Shown: piece by piece, positions 62,309 to 64,000 of the stretch
How positions within the stretch are numbered: position 1 is the stretch's first letter
Layout: every line of letters begins with the position of its first letter
Assembly (NCBI RefSeq): GCF_018350175.1
Contig: NC_058368.1
Coordinates: forward strand, 136,712,001 to 136,776,000
Direction of reading: 5' to 3'
Length of the DNA stretch: 64,000 nucleotides
DNA from: Felis catus
Taxonomy: Eukaryota
Program-made: the position numbers and the translations under genes
Notes under the pieces: generated by a model
The model's database searches: none
Told to the model about the DNA's origin: nothing
What the model saw: the letters and a program-made list of their open reading frames with translations, nothing else

Positions 62309-64000
62309 GTAGGTGGAAGGGTGCCAGTGTCCTGATACGGTCCACAGCTGTTCCGCCTTGACTGGAGTCTTTGAGTTGCCATGTAACTTGGTCCTGGGAA
62401 GGGGAGAGGGTACATCTCTCCCTTCCCTTTTACTATTCTCTTCTGCCAAAAGGTGTGGATCTCAGCCCAACGTGGCTGCAGGCTTGAGGGTAGTGCAGCA
62501 TATTGCCCAGAGCGGCTCTGATTCGCCAGGTAACCACTGTCTGGGTTTGCTCCGTCCTGCAATACAGTGACCACAGCCTTGTTCTAAATCTTCAGAACCA
62601 AGGACATGTGTTTTGAAACTCCTCTGGAAGCCTGTGCTGGCACAGGCCTCAGAATCAAGCTAAGGAGCTTGGAGCACAGGCCAGGAGCTCCCAAAAGTCT
62701 AGGGAGAGCCAGAGTGCCAAGCCAAGCCTGGTGTGACCGGTGTGGGCCCAAGATTTAGATTTAATTTTTTCATAAAGAATTTTTTTTTTCAGTGAAGTTA
62801 TAACATTTTTAAAATAAAAGTTGTAACACTTAAAATTAAAAATTGGAAAATTTCTATTTAAAAAATCACCATTTTAGACCTACACCCACATTAAAAGCAG
62901 TGCTATTTTCTTATTGGCCAGGGAACATCCTAATTTCAGCTGGTCAGTACCCAGTACAAATTGAGAGAAGAGCATCAAAGTCTCTTCTTATCCCCCTCTA
63001 ACACCACAGTCTCACTCATAGAGAGTCAGAATTCTGTTCCAGGTTGAAATTCAGTTGGCAGGAGGAGATATCCCTGACTTCTGATCATTCCTGTTGGTAA
63101 CAGTTCCCTTATTCATCAAGTTCTCAGTGATGACCTGGGTCTTCGATGGCCCAGCTTCATTTTGTTGCTTCAAACCAATCATAGGGTTTTGCATTAATAC
63201 ATTTTATTTCCTTTATGTAGTTATTCAGGGATTTTAGACCTCTATTCACAAAGTAATAAAATTGACCTAGACATGTAAAGCAAAAAATGACTTAAATAAC
63301 ATTTATTCATTTATTAGGGGAAAATCTGATAGCTGAACTGTGGGACTCTCAAATTCAGTACATTTTAAGAAGTATCACTTACAGTTGCCAAGTTTTGCTT
63401 TAAGCAACGTGGGGGATCAATTTCAAGCTTGACTTCTCGTCAGTTTTCCTCTTTGTACATGCATGCAGAAAACAAACTGAGTTTGTTCATGCTCAGAATT
63501 AATGGAAAACCACCAGGTAATTAACCTCTTGGTCTGAAAGAGTTGGCACCTGACCTGTACTTAGGGGAACACATGAAACCCTTTCAAACAGATAAAAGCC
63601 AACTGAAATTTGCTATCAAACTTGCCAAATATATACATTCTAGCCCACACAATTTTTTTTTATTTTTATTTTTTGTCATTTAAAGAGATATTCTCAAGGC
63701 CAAGTAATAAATAAAGATGAATTAATTTGAATTTACTTTTCCAAGATTTTTAAAACAACGAAACTGCATTAATTGATTTTTAAAACAAACCTGGGTTGAC
63801 TGCTGTCAGCTGCCCTCAGTTTGTGCTTCTATGAGCAGCGTTCATTTGGTGTCGATGGTAGTGATTTCGTGCGCAAGAAAAACTTGCATTTTTAATTGTT
63901 GGAACTGTAACTCACAAGCTTCTGTTATAAGTTAGAATTCTTTGATAGGCCTAAATATGGACATCCTAACGGCTTTAGCTTACATTCATTAAAGTGGCTA

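Larger units (their letters stand above)
1..64000 (+). other. MAP1B: Partial MAP1B gene body (intron 2 to intron 5); exons 1-2 and 6-7 lie outside the window
   Basis: Three exons splice in frame into recognisable MAP1B protein (GQKILHHRSDVLETVV... / VRLMITDAARHK... / IGELLSTTHPANKAS...). I did not find the N-terminal or C-terminal exons. Exon numbering is by recalled homology to the human/rodent gene. Confidence 0.95.

Noticed and set aside
55945..62361. 2138-aa ORF as a stand-alone intronless gene
   Set aside because: The listed start is a TTG inside an exon that begins at 55798, and the last 17 codons lie beyond a splice donor. It is MAP1B exon 5.
1..64000. CRISPR array, operon, rRNA/tRNA/miRNA gene or novel multi-gene system
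   Set aside because: No repeat-spacer array or recognisable RNA gene was seen. The window is explained by one spliced mammalian gene plus ordinary repeats. Small ncRNAs cannot be excluded without an Infernal/Rfam or miRBase search.

Overview
Mammalian (felid, probably cat) genomic DNA lying entirely inside the MAP1B (microtubule-associated protein 1B) gene on the + strand. The lineage call rests on the Can-SINE/SINEC_Fc-type and carnivore L1 repeats. About 42 kb of an upstream intron (intron 2 by homology) is followed by three internal coding exons with canonical AG/GT boundaries and compatible phases: exon 3 (42207-42289, 83 nt), exon 4 (44871-45011, 141 nt) and the giant exon 5 (55798-62308, 6511 nt). 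The window ends in intron 5. The introns contain 14 Can-SINEs (12 antisense), an antisense L1 with both ends and a TSD but with its reverse transcriptase region deleted, older MIR/L2/L1M/MLT/MER/CR1 fragments, and microsatellites. Almost all short ORFs in the supplied track are spurious. I found no new multi-gene system. The best leads are: (i) candidate internal promoter(s) upstream of exon 3; (ii) an L1 5'UTR positioned so that an antisense promoter plus splice donor could feed exon 5; (iii) the degenerate metallo-beta-lactamase-like motif in the MAP1B N-terminal region; and (iv) an inverted SINE pair. Repeat subfamily names and boundaries were recognised by eye and are approximate.
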